A DNA stretch of 64,000 nucleotides from Eledone cirrhosa (taxonomy: Eukaryota), in assembly GCA_964016885.1 (NCBI GenBank), contig OZ024743.1:5828001-5892000 (forward strand), in the 5' to 3' direction. Below are positions 12,401-24,800 of this stretch, piece after piece. The notes under the pieces are model-generated. The model was not told the DNA's origin and did not search any database. It saw only the letters and a program-made list of their open reading frames with translations. Position numbers and translations under genes: made by a program. Numbering within the stretch: position 1 is the first letter of the stretch; each line of letters opens with the position of its first letter.

Positions 12401-15400
12401 GTGTTGTCTTAGCCAAGCGGTTATAACACACCTCTAGACCCCAGTAGTCTGTTAGTCAGTGTTTTCTTAGCCAAGCAGTTAAAACACACCTCTCGCCCCC
12501 AGTAGTCTGTTAGTCAGTGTTGTCTTAGCCAAGCGGTTAAAACACACCTCTAGACCCCAGTAGTCTGTTAGTCAGTGTTTTCTTAGCCAAGCAGTTAAAA
12601 CACACCTCTAGCTCCCAGTAGTCTGTTTGTCAGTGTTGTCTTAGCTGAGCAGTTAAAACACACCTCTAGACCCCAGTAGTCTGTTAGTCAGTGTTGTCTT
12701 AGCCAAGCAGTTAAAACACACCTCTAGACCCCAGTAGTCTGTTAGTCAGCGTTGTCTTAGCCAAGCAGTCACAACACACCTCTAGCCCCCAGTAGTCTGT
12801 TAGTCAGTATCACCTTAGCTGAGCAGTTAAAACACACCTCTAGACCACAGTAGTCTGTTAGTCATTGTCACCTTAGCCAAGCAGTTAAAACACACCTCTA
12901 GCCCCCAGTAGTCTGTTAGTCAGTGTTGTCTTAGCCAAGCAGTTAAAACACCTCTCTAGCCCCCAGTAGTCTGTTAGTCAGTGTTGTCTTAGCCAAGCAG
13001 TCAAAACACACCTCTAGACCCCAGTAGTCTGTTAGTCAGTGTTGTCTTAGCCAAGCAGTCACAACACACCTCTAGACCCCAGTAGTCTGTTAGTCAGTGT
13101 TGTCTTAGCCAAGCAGTCACAACACACCTCTAGACCCCAGTAGTCTGTTAGTCAGTGTCACCTTAGCTGAGCAGTTAAAACACACCTCTAGCTCCCAGTA
13201 GTCTGTTAGTCAGTATCACCTTAGCCAAGCAGTTAAAACACATCTCTAGACCCCAGTAGTCTGTTAGTCAGTGTTGTCTTAGCCAAGCAGTCACAACACA
13301 CCTCTAGACCCCAGTAGTCTGTTAGTCAGTGTTGTCTTAGCCAAGCAGTCACAACACACCTCTAGACCCCAGTAGTCTGTTAGTCAGTGTCACCTTAGCT
13401 GAGCAGTTAAAACACATCTCTAGCCCCCAGTAGTCTGTTAGTCAGTGTTGTCTTAGCCAAGCAGTTAAAACACACCTCTAGCTCCCAGTAGTCTGTTAGT
13501 CAGTGTTGTCTTAGCCAAGCAGTTAAAACACACCTCTAGCCCCCAGTAGTCTGTTAGTCAGTGTCACCTTAGCCAAGCAGTTAAAACACACCTCTAGACC
13601 CCAGTAGTCTGTTAGTCAGTATCACCTTAGCTGAGCAGTTAAAACACACCTCTAGCCCCCAGTAGTCTGTTAGTCAGTGTTGTCTTAGCCAAGCAGTCAA
13701 AACATACCTCTAGCCCCCAGTAGTCTGTTAGTCAGTGTTGTCTTAGCCAAGCAGTCAAAACACACCTCTAGACCCCAGTAGTCTGTTAGTCAGTGTTGTT
13801 TTAGCCAAGCAGTCAAAACACACCTCTAGACCCCAGTAGTCTGTTAGTCAGTGTCACCTTAGCCAAGCAGTTAAAACACATCTCTAGCCCCCAGTAGTCT
13901 GTTAGTCAGTGTTGTCTTAGCCAAGCAGTTAAAACACATCTCTAGCCCCCAGTAGTCTGTTAGTCAGTGTTGTCTTAGCCAAGCAGTCAAAACACACCTC
14001 TAGACCCCAGTAGTCTGTTAATCAGTGTTGTCTTAGCCAAGCAGTCACAACACACCTCTAGACCCCAGTAGTCTGTTAGTCAGTGTTGTCTTAGCCAAGC
14101 AGTCACAACACACCTCTAGACCCCAGTAGTCTGTTAGTCAGTGTCACCTTAGCTGAGCAGTTAAAACACACCTCTAGCTCCCAGTAGTCTGTTAGTCAGT
14201 ATCACCTTAGCCAAGCAGTTAAAACACATCTCTAGACCCCAGTAGTCTGTTAGTCAGTGTTGTCTTAGCCAAGCAGTCACAACACACCTCTAGCTCCCAG
14301 TAGTCAGTTAGTCAGTGTTGTCTTAGCCCAGGAGTTAAAACACACCTCTAGACCCCATTAGTCTGTTAGTCAGTGTCACCTTAGCCAAGCAGTTAAAACA
14401 CATCTCTAGCTCCCAGTAGTCTGTTAGTCAGTGTTGTCTTAGCCAAGCAGTCAAAACACACCTCTAGCCCCCAGTAGTCTGTTGGTCAGTGTTGTCTTAG
14501 CCAAGCAGTTAAAACACATCTCTAGCCCCCAGTAGTCTGTTAGTCAGTGTTGTCTTAGCCAAGCAGTTAAAACACACCTCTAGCTCCCAGTAGTCTGTTA
14601 GTCAGTGTTGTCTTAGCCAAGCAGTTAAAACACACCTCTAGCTCCCAGTAGTCTGTTAGTCAGTGTTGTCTTAGCCAAGCAGTCAAAACACACCTCTAGC
14701 CCCCAGTAGTCTGTTGGTCAGTGTTGTCTTAGCCAAGCAGTTAAAACACATCTCTAGCCCCCAGTAGTCTGTTAGTCAGTGTTGTCTTAGCCAAGCAGTT
14801 AAAACACACCTCTAGCTCCCAGTAGTCTGTTAGTCAGTGTTGTCTTAGCCAAGCAGTTAAAACACACCTCTAGCTCCCAGTAGTCTGTTAGTCAGTGTTT
14901 TCTTAGCCAAGCAGTTAAAACACATCTCTAGCTCCCAGTAGTCTGTTAGTCAGTGTCACCTTAGCCAAGCAGTTAAAACACATCTCTAGCTCCCAGTAGT
15001 CTGTTAGTCAGTGTTGTCTTAGCCAAGCAGTTAAAACACATCTCTAGCTCCCAGTAGTCTGTTAGTCAGTGTCACCTTAGCCAAGCAGTTAAAACACATC
15101 TCTAGCTCCCAGTAGTCTGTTAGTCAGTGTCACCTTAGCCAAGCAGTTAAAACACACCTCTAGCTCCCAGTAGTCTGTTAGTCAGTGTTGTCTTAGCCAA
15201 GCAGTTAAAACACACCTCTAGCCCCCATTAGTCTGTTAGTCAGTGTCACCTTATCCAAGCAGTTAAAACACATCTCTAGCTCCCAGTAGTCTGTTAGTCA
15301 GTGTTGTCTTAGCCAAGCAGTCAAAACACACCTCTAGCCCCCAGTAGTCTGTTGGTCAGTGTTGTCTTAGCCAAGCAGTTAAAACACATCTCTAGCCCCC

Positions 15401-17245
15401 AGTAGTCTGTTAGTCAGTGTTGTCTTAGCCAAGCAGTTAAAACACACCTCTAGCTCCCAGTAGTCTGTTAGTCAGTGTTGTCTTAGCCAAGCAGTTAAAA
15501 CACACCTCTAGCTCCCAGTAGTCTGTTAGTCAGTGTTGTCTTAGCCAAGCAGTTAAAACACATCTCTAGCTCCCAGTAGTCTGTTAGTCAGTGTCACCTT
15601 AGCCAAGCAGTTAAAACACACCTCTAGACCCCAGTAGTCTGTTAGTCAGTATCACCTTAGCTGAGCAGTTAAAACACACCTCTAGCCCCCAGTAGTCTGT
15701 TAGTCAGTGTTGTCTTAGCCAAGCAGTCAAAACACACCTCTAGCCCCCAGTAGTCTGTTAGTCAGTGTTGTCTTAGCCAAGCAGTCAAAACACACCTCTA
15801 GACCCCAGTAGTCTGTTAGTCAGTGTTGTCTTAGCCAAGCAGTCAAAACACACCTCTAGACCCCAGTAGTCTGTTAGTCAGTGTCACCTTAGCCAAGCAG
15901 TTAAAACACACCTCTAGCCCCCAGTAGTCTGTTAGTCAGTGTTGTCTTAGCCAAGCAGTTAAAACACCTCTCTAGCCCCCAGTAGTCTGTTAGTCAGTGT
16001 TGTCTTAGCCAAGCAGTCAAAACACACCTCTAGACCCCAGTAGTCTGTTAGTCAGTGTTGTCTTAGCCAAGCAGTCACAACACACCTCTAGACCCCAGTA
16101 GTCTGTTAGTCAGTGTTGTCTTAGCCAAGCAGTCACAACACACCTCTAGACCCCAGTAGTCTGTTAGTCAGTGTCACCTTAGCTGAGCAGTTAAAACACA
16201 CCTCTAGCTCCCAGTAGTCTGTTAGTCAGTATCACCTTAGCCAAGCAGTTAAAACACATCTCTAGACCCCAGTAGTCTGTTAGTCAGTATCACCTTAGCT
16301 GAGCAGTTAAAACACACCTCTAGCCCCCAGTAGTCTGTTAGTCAGTGTTGTCTTAGCCAAGCGGTTAAAACACACCTCTAGCTCCCAGTAGTCTGTTAGT
16401 CAGTGTTGTCTTAGCCAAGCGGTTATAACACACCTCTAGACCCCAGTAGTCTGTTAGTCAGTGTTTTCTTAGCCAAGCAGTTAAAACACACCTCTCGCCC
16501 CCAGTAGTCTGTTAGTCAGTGTTGTCTTAGCCAAGCGGTTAAAACACACCTCTAGACCCCAGTAGTCTGTTAGTCAGTGTTTTCTTAGCCAAGCAGTTAA
16601 AACACACCTCTAGCTCCCAGTAGTCTGTTTGTCAGTGTTGTCTTAGCTGAGCAGTTAAAACACACCTCTAGACCCCAGTAGTCTGTTAGTCAGTGTTGTC
16701 TTAGCCAAGCAGTTAAAACACACCTCTAGACCCCAGTAGTCTGTTAGTCAGCGTTGTCTTAGCCAAGCAGTCACAACACACCTCTAGCCCCCAGTAGTCT
16801 GTTAGTCAGTATCACCTTAGCTGAGCAGTTAAAACACACCTCTAGACCACAGTAGTCTGTTAGTCATTGTCACCTTAGCCAAGCAGTTAAAACACACCTC
16901 TAGCCCCCAGTAGTCTGTTAGTCAGTGTTGTCTTAGCCAAGCAGTTAAAACACCTCTCTAGCCCCCAGTAGTCTGTTAGTCAGTGTTGTCTTAGCCAAGC
17001 AGTCAAAACACACCTCTAGACCCCAGTAGTCTGTTAGTCAGTGTTGTCTTAGCCAAGCAGTCACAACACACCTCTAGACCCCAGTAGTCTGTTAGTCAGT
17101 GTTGTCTTAGCCAAGCAGTCACAACACACCTCTAGACCCCAGTAGTCTGTTAGTCAGTGTCACCTTAGCTGAGCAGTTAAAACACACCTCTAGCTCCCAG
17201 TAGTCTGTTAGTCAGTATCACCTTAGCCAAGCAGTTAAAACACAT
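9401..17245. repeat. Tandem duplication of a 4002-bp block (69 monomers)
   Basis: Markers CATACC (9703/13705), CCCAGGAG (10329/14331), TCTCGCC (12494/16496) and GTCATTG (12865/16867) are all offset by 4002 = 69 x 58. Confidence 0.93.
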
Positions 17246-18875
17246 TTCTAGACCCCAGTCGTGTGTTAGTCAGTATCACCTTAGCTGAGCAGTTAAAACA
17301 CACCTCTAGACCCCAGTAGTCTGTTAGTCAGTGTTGTCTTAGCCAAGCGGTTAAAACACACCTCTAGCTCCCAGTAGTCTGTTAGTCAGTGTTGTCTTAG
17401 CCAAGCGGTTATAACACACCTCTAGACCCCAGTAGTCTGTTAGTCAGTGTTTTCTTAGCCAAGCAGTTAAAACACACCTCTAGCCCCCAGTAGTCTGTTA
17501 GTCAGTGTTGTCTTAGCCAAGCGGTTAAAACACACCTCTAGACCCCAGTAGTCTGTTAGTCAGTGTTTTCTTAGCCAAGCAGTTAAAACACACCTCTAGC
17601 TCCCAGTAGTCTGTTTGTCAGTGTTGTCTTAGCTGAGCAGTTAAAACACACCTCTAGACCCCAGTAGTCTGTTAGTCAGTGTTGTCTTAGCCAAGCAGTT
17701 AAAACACACCTCTAGACCCCAGTAGTCTGTTAGTCAGTGTTTTCTTAACCAAGCAGTTAAAACACACCTATAGACCCCAGTAGTCTGTTAGTCAGCGTTG
17801 TCTTAGCCAAGCAGTCACAACACACCTCTAGACCCCAGTAGTCTGTTAGTCAGTATCACCTTAGCTGAGCAGTTAAAACACACCTCTAGACCACAGTAGT
17901 CTGTTAGTCATTGTCACCTTAGCCAAGCAGTTAAAACACACCTCTAGCCCCCAGTAGTCTGTTAGTCAGTGTTTTCTCAGCTGAGCAGTCAAAACACACC
18001 TCTAGCCCCCAGTAGTCTGTTAGTCAGTGTTTTCTCAGCTGAGCAGTCAAAACACACCTCTAGCCCCAGTAGTCTGTTAGTCAGTGTTGTCTTAGCCAAG
18101 CAGTTAAAACACATGTCTAGCCCCAGTAGTCTGTTAGTCAGTGTCACCTTAGCCAAGCAGTTAAAACACACCTCTAGCCCCCAGTAGTCTGTTAGTCAGT
18201 GTTGTCTTAGCTGAGCAGTTAAAACACACCTCTAGCCCCCAGTAGTCTGTTAGTCAGTGTCACCTTAGCTGAGCAGTTAAAACACACCTCTAGCTCCCAG
18301 TAGTCTGTTAGTCAGTGTTGTCTTAGCTGAGCAGTCAAAACACACCTCTAGCCCCCAGTAGTCTGTTAGTCAGTGTTTTCTTAGCCAATCAGTTAAAACA
18401 CACCTCTAGCTCCCAGTAGTCTGTTAGTCAGTGTCACCTTAGCCAAGCAGTTAAAACACACCTCTAGACCCCAGTAGTCTGTTAGTCAGTGTTGTCTTAG
18501 CCAAGCAGTTAAAACACACCTCTAGCCCCCAGTAGTCTGTTAGTCAGTGTCACCTTAGCCAAGCAGTTAAAACACATCTCTAGCTCCCAGTAGTCTGTTA
18601 GTCAGTGTTGTCTTAGCCAAGCAGTCAAAACACACCTCTAGCCCCCAGTAGTCTGTTAGTCAGTGTTGTCTTAGCCAAGCAGTTAAAACACATTTCTAGC
18701 CCCCAGTAGTCTGTTAGTCAGTGTTGTCTTAGCCAAGCAGTCAAAACACACCTCTAGCCCCCAGTAGTCTGTTAGTCAGTGTCACCTTAGCCAAGCAGTT
18801 AAAACACACCTCTCGACCCCAGTAGTCTGTTAGTCAGTGTTGTCTTAGCCAAGCAGTTAAAACACATCTCTAGCT

Positions 18876-21800
18876 CCCAGTAGTCTGTTAGTCAGTGTCA
18901 CCTTAGCCAAGCAGTTAAAACACACGTCTAGACCCCAGTAGTCTGTTAGTCAGTATCACCTTAGCTGAGCAGTTATACACACCTCTAGCCCCCAGTAGTC
19001 TGTTAGTCAGTGTTGTCTTAGCCAAGCAGTCAAAACACACCTCTAGCCCCCAGTAGTCTGTTAGTCAGTGTTGTCTTAGCCAAGCAGTCAAAACACACCT
19101 CTAGACCCCAGTAGTCTGTTAGTCAGTGTTGTCTTAGCCAAGCAGTCAAAACACACCTCTAGACCCCAGTAGTCTGTTAGTCAGTGTCACCTTAGCCAAG
19201 CAGTTAAAACACACCTTAGCCCCCAGTAGTCTGTTAGTCAGTGTTGTCTTAGCCAAGCAGTTAAAACACATCTCTAGCCCCCAGTAGTCCGTTAGTCAGT
19301 GTTGTCTTAGCCAGGCAGTCAAAACACACCTCTAGCCCCCAGTAGTCTGTTAGTCAGTGTTGTCTTAGCCAAGCAGTTAAAACACACCTCTAGCCCCGAG
19401 TAGTCTGTTAGTCAGTGTTGTCTTAGCTGAGCAGTTAAAACACACCTCTAGCCCCCAGTAGTCTGTTAGTCAGTGTTTTCTTAGCCAAGCAGTTAAAACA
19501 CACCTCTAGACCCCAGTAGTCTGTTAGTCAGCGTTGTCTTAGCCAAGCAGTCACAACACACCTCTAGCCCCCAGTAGTCTGTTAGTCAGTATCACCTTAG
19601 CTGAGCAGTTAAAACACACCTCTAGCTCCCAGTAGTCTGTTAGTCAGTGTTGTCTTAGCCAAGCGGTTATAACACACCTCTAGACCCCAGTAGTCTGTTA
19701 GTCAGTGTTTTCTTAGCCAAGCAGTTAAAACACACCTCTAGCCCCCAGTAGTCTCTTAGTCAGTGTTGTCTTAGCCAAGCGGTTAAACACACACCTCTAG
19801 ACCCCAGTAGTCTGTTAGTCAGTGTTTTCTTAGCCAAGCAGTTAAAACACACCTCTAGCTCCCAGTAGTCTGTTTGTCAGTGTTGTCTTAGCTGAGCAGT
19901 TAAAACACACCTCTAGACCCCAGTAGTCTGTTAGTCAGTGTTGTCTTAGCCAAGCATTTAAAACACACCTCTAGACCGCAGTAGTCTGTTAGTCAGTGTT
20001 TTCTTAGCCAAGCAGTTAAAACACACCTCTAGACCCCAGTAGTCTGTTAGTCAGCGTTGTCTTAGCCAAGCAGTCACAACACACCTCTAGCCCCCAGTAG
20101 TCTGTTAGTCAGTATCACCTTAGCTGAGCAGTTAAAACACACCTCTAGACCACAGTAGTCTGTTAGTCATTGTCACCTTAGCCAAGCAGTTAAAACACAC
20201 CTCTAGACCCCAGTAGTCTGTTAGTCAGTGTTGTCTTAGCCAAGCGGTTAAAACACACCTCTAGACCCCAGTAGTCTGTTAGTCAGTGTTTTCTTAGCCA
20301 AGCAGTTAAAACACACCTCTAGCTCCCAGTAGTCTGTTAGTCAGTGTCACCTTAGCCTAGCAGTTAAAACACACCTCTAGACCCCAGTAGTCTGTTAGTC
20401 AGTGTCACCTTAGCTGAGCAGTTAAAACACACCTCTAGACCCCAGTAGTCTGTTAGTCAGTGTCACCTTAGCCTAGCAGTTAAAACACACCTCTAGCTCC
20501 CAGTAGTCTGTTAGTCAGTGTCACCTTAGCCTAGCAGTTAAAACACACCTCTAGCCCCCAGTAGTCTGTTAGTCAGTGTTGTCTTAGCTGAGCAGTCAAA
20601 ACACACCTCTAGACCTGAGTAGTCTGTTAGTCAGTGTCACCTTAGCCAAGCAGTTAAAACACACCTCTAGCCCCCAGTAGTCTGTTAGTCAGTGTTGTCT
20701 TAGCTGAGCAGTTAAAACACACCTCTAGCCCCCAGTAGTCTGTTAGTCAGTGTTGTCTTAGCTGAGCAGTCACAACACACCTCTAGCCCCCAGTAGTCTG
20801 TTAGTCAGTATCACCTTAGCTGAGCAGTTAAAACACACCTTTAGACCCCAGTAGTCTGTTAGTCAGTATCACCTTAGCTGAGCAGTTAAAACACACCTCT
20901 AGACCCCAGTAGTCTGTTAGTCAGTGTTGTCTTAGCCAAGCAGTTAAAACACATCTCTAGCCCCCAGTAGTCTGTTAGTCAGTGTTGTCTTAGCCAAGCA
21001 GTTAAAACACACCTCTAGCTCCCAGTAGTCTGTTAGTCAGTGTTGTCTTAGCCAAGCAGTTAAAACACACCTCTAGCCCCCAGTAGTCTGTTAGTCAGTG
21101 TCACCTTAGCCAAGCAGTTAAAACACACCTCTAGACCCCAGTAGTCTGTTAGTCAGTGTTGTCTTAGCCAAGCAGTTAAAACACATCTCTAGCTCCCAGT
21201 AGTCTGTTAGTCAGTGTCACCTTAGCCAAGCAGTTAAAACACACCTCTAGACCCCAGTAGTCTGTTAGTCAGTATCACCTTAGCTGAGCAGTTAAAACAC
21301 ACCTCTAGCCCCCAGTAGTCTGTTAGTCAGTGTTGTCTTAGCCAAGCAGTCAAAACACACCTCTAGCCCCCAGTAGTCTGTTAGTCAGTGTTGTCTTAGC
21401 CAAGCAGCCAAAACACACCTCTAGACCCCAGTAGTCTGTTAGTCAGTGTTGTCTTAGCTGAGCAGTCAAAACACACCTCTAGACCCCAGTAGTCTGTTAG
21501 TCAGTGTCACCTTAGCCAAGCAGTTAAAACACACCTCTAGACCCCAGTAGTCTGTTAGTCAGTGTTGTCTTAGCCAAGCAGTTAAAACACCTCTCTAGCC
21601 CCCAGTAGTCTGTTAGTCAGTGTTGTCTTAGCCAAGCAGTCAAAACACACCTCTAGACCCCAGTAGTCTGTTAGTCAGTGTTGTCTTAGCCAAACAGTCA
21701 CAACACACCTCTAGACCCCAGTAGTCTGTTAGTCAGTGTTGTCTTAGCCAAGCAGTCACAACACACCTCTAGACCCCAGTAGTCTGTTAGTCAGTGTCAC

Positions 21801-24800
21801 CTTAGCTGAGCAGTTAAAACACACCTCTAGCTCCCAGTAGTCTGTTAGTCAGTATCACCTTAGCCAAGCAGTTAAAACACATCTCTAGCCCCAGTAGTCT
21901 GTTAGTCAGTGTTGTCTTAGCCAAGCAGTCAAAACACACCTCTAGACCCCAGTAGTCTGTTAGTCAGTGTTGTCTTAGCTGAGCAGTTAAAACACACCTC
22001 TAGCTCCCAGTAGTCTGTTAGTCAGTGTTGTCTTAGCCAAGCGGTTATAACACACCTCTAGACCCCAGTAGTCTGTTAGTCAGTGTTTTCTTAGCCAAGC
22101 AGTTAAAACACACCTCTAGCCCCCAGTAGTCTGTTAGTCAGTGTTGTCTTAGCCAAGCGGTTAAACACACACCTCTAGACCCCAGTAGTCTGTTAGTCAG
22201 TGTTTTCTTAGCCAAGCAGTTAAAACACACCTCTAGCTCCCAGTAGTCTGTTTGTCAGTGTTGTCTTAGCTGAGCAGTCACAACACACCTCTAGCCCCCA
22301 GTAGTCTGTTAGTCAGTATCACCTTAGCTGAGCAGTTAAAACACACCTTTAGACCCCAGTAGTCTGTTAGTCAGTATCACCTTAGCTGAGCAGTTAAAAC
22401 ACACCTCTAGACCCCAGTAGTCTGTTAGTCAGTGTTGTCTTAGCCAAGCAGTTAAAACACATCTCTAGCCCCCAGTAGTCTGTTAGTCAGTGTTGTCTTA
22501 GCCAAGCAGTTAAAACACACCTCTAGCCCCCAGTAGTCTGTTAGTCAGTGTCACCTTAGCCAAGCAGTTAAAACACACCTCTAGACCCCAGTAGTCTCTT
22601 AGTCAGTGTTGTCTTAGCCAAGCAGTTAAAACACACCTCTAGCTCCCAGTAGTCTGTTTGTCAGTGTTGTCTTAGCTGAGCAGTCACAACACACCTCTAG
22701 CCCCCAGTAGTCTGTTAGTCAGTATCACCTTAGCTGAGCAGTTAAAACACACCTTTAGACCCCAGTAGTCTGTTAGTCAGTATCACCTTAGCTGAGCAGT
22801 TAAAACACACCTCTAGACCCCAGTAGTCTGTTAGTCAGTGTTGTCTTAGCCAAGCAGTTAAAACACATCTCTAGCCCCCAGTAGTCTGTTAGTCAGTGTT
22901 GTCTTAGCCAAGCAGTTAAAACACACCTCTAGCTCCCAGTAGTCTGTTAGTCAGTGTTGTCTTAGCCAAGCAGTTAAAACACACCTCTAGCCCCCAGTAG
23001 TCTGTTAGTCAGTGTCACCTTAGCCAAGCAGTTAAAACACACCTCTAGACCCCAGTAGTCTGTTAGTCAGTGTTGTCTTAGCCAAGCAGTTAAAACACCT
23101 CTCTAGCCCCCAGTAGTCTGTTAGTCAGTGTTGTCTTAGCCAAGCAGTCAAAACACACCTCTAGCCCCCAGTAGTCTGTTAGTCAGTGTTGTCTTAGCCA
23201 AGCAGTCAAAACACACCTCTAGACCCCAGTAGTCTGTTAGTCAGTGTTGTCTTAGCCAAGCAGTTAAAACACATCTCTAGCCCCCAGTAGTCTGTTAGTC
23301 AGTGTTGTCTTAGCCAAGCAGTTAAAACACACCTCTAGCTCCCAGTAGTCTGTTAGTCAGTGTTGTCTTAGCCAAGCAGTTAAAACACACCTCTAGCCCC
23401 CAGTAGTCTGTTAGTCAGTGTCACCTTAGCCAAGCAGTTAAAACACACGTCTAGACCCCAGTAGTCTGTTAGTCAGTATCACCTTAGCTGAGCAGTTATA
23501 CACACCTCTAGCCCCCAGTAGTCTGTTAGTCAGTGTTGTCTTAGCCAAGCAGTCAAAACACACCTCTAGCCCCCAGTAGTCTGTTAGTCAGTGTTGTCTT
23601 AGCCAAGCAGTCAAAACACACCTCTAGACCCCAGTAGTCTGTTAGTCAGTGTTGTCTTAGCCAAGCAGTCAAAACACACCTCTAGACCCCAGTAGTCTGT
23701 TAGTCAGTGTCACCTTAGCCAAGCAGTTAAAACACACCTTAGCCCCCAGTAGTCTGTTAGTCAGTGTTGTCTTAGCCAAGCAGTTAAAACACATCTCTAG
23801 CCCCCAGTAGTCCGTTAGTCAGTGTTGTCTTAGCCAGGCAGTCAAAACACACCTCTAGCCCCCAGTAGTCTGTTAGTCAGTGTTGTCTTAGCCAAGCAGT
23901 TAAAACACACCTCTAGCCCCGAGTAGTCTGTTAGTCAGTGTTGTCTTAGCTGAGCAGTTAAAACACACCTCTAGCCCCCAGTAGTCTGTTAGTCAGTGTT
24001 TTCTTAGCCAAGCAGTTAAAACACACCTCTAGACCCCAGTAGTCTGTTAGTCAGCGTTGTCTTAGCCAAGCAGTCACAACACACCTCTAGCCCCCAGTAG
24101 TCTGTTAGTCAGTATCACCTTAGCTGAGCAGTTAAAACACACCTCTAGCTCCCAGTAGTCTGTTAGTCAGTGTTGTCTTAGCCAAGCGGTTATAACACAC
24201 CTCTAGACCCCAGTAGTCTGTTAGTCAGTGTTTTCTTAGCCAAGCAGTTAAAACACACCTCTAGCCCCCAGTAGTCTCTTAGTCAGTGTTGTCTTAGCCA
24301 AGCGGTTAAACACACACCTCTAGACCCCAGTAGTCTGTTAGTCAGTGTTTTCTTAGCCAAGCAGTTAAAACACACCTCTAGCTCCCAGTAGTCTGTCTGT
24401 CAGTGTTGTCTTAGCTGAGCAGTTAAAACACACCTCTAGACCCCAGTAGTCTGTTAGTCAGTGTTGTCTTAGCCAAGCATTTAAAACACACCTCTAGACC
24501 CCAGTAGTCTGTTAGTCAGTGTTTTCTTAGCCAAGCAGTTAAAACACACCTCTAGACCCCAGTAGTCTGTTAGTCAGCGTTGTCTTAGCCAAGCAGTCAC
24601 AACACACCTCTAGCCCCCAGTAGTCTGTTAGTCAGTATCACCTTAGCTGAGCAGTTAAAACACACCTCTAGACCACAGTAGTCTGTTAGTCATTGTCACC
24701 TTAGCCAAGCAGTTAAAACACACCTCTAGACCCCAGTAGTCTGTTAGTCAGTGTTGTCTTAGCCAAGCGGTTAAAACACATCTCTAGACCCCAGTAGTCT

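Noticed and set aside
17989-18171. 60-aa minus-strand ORF with spaced cysteines (CFNC)
   Set aside because: It is the antisense translation of the same monomers. The CxxC-like pattern comes from the repeat consensus and there is no gene context.
17969-18187. 72-aa plus-strand ORF
   Set aside because: It lies wholly within the satellite, has a non-ATG start, and is open only because two adjacent 57-bp units and CTCAG variants delay a stop. The peptide is just the translated repeat.
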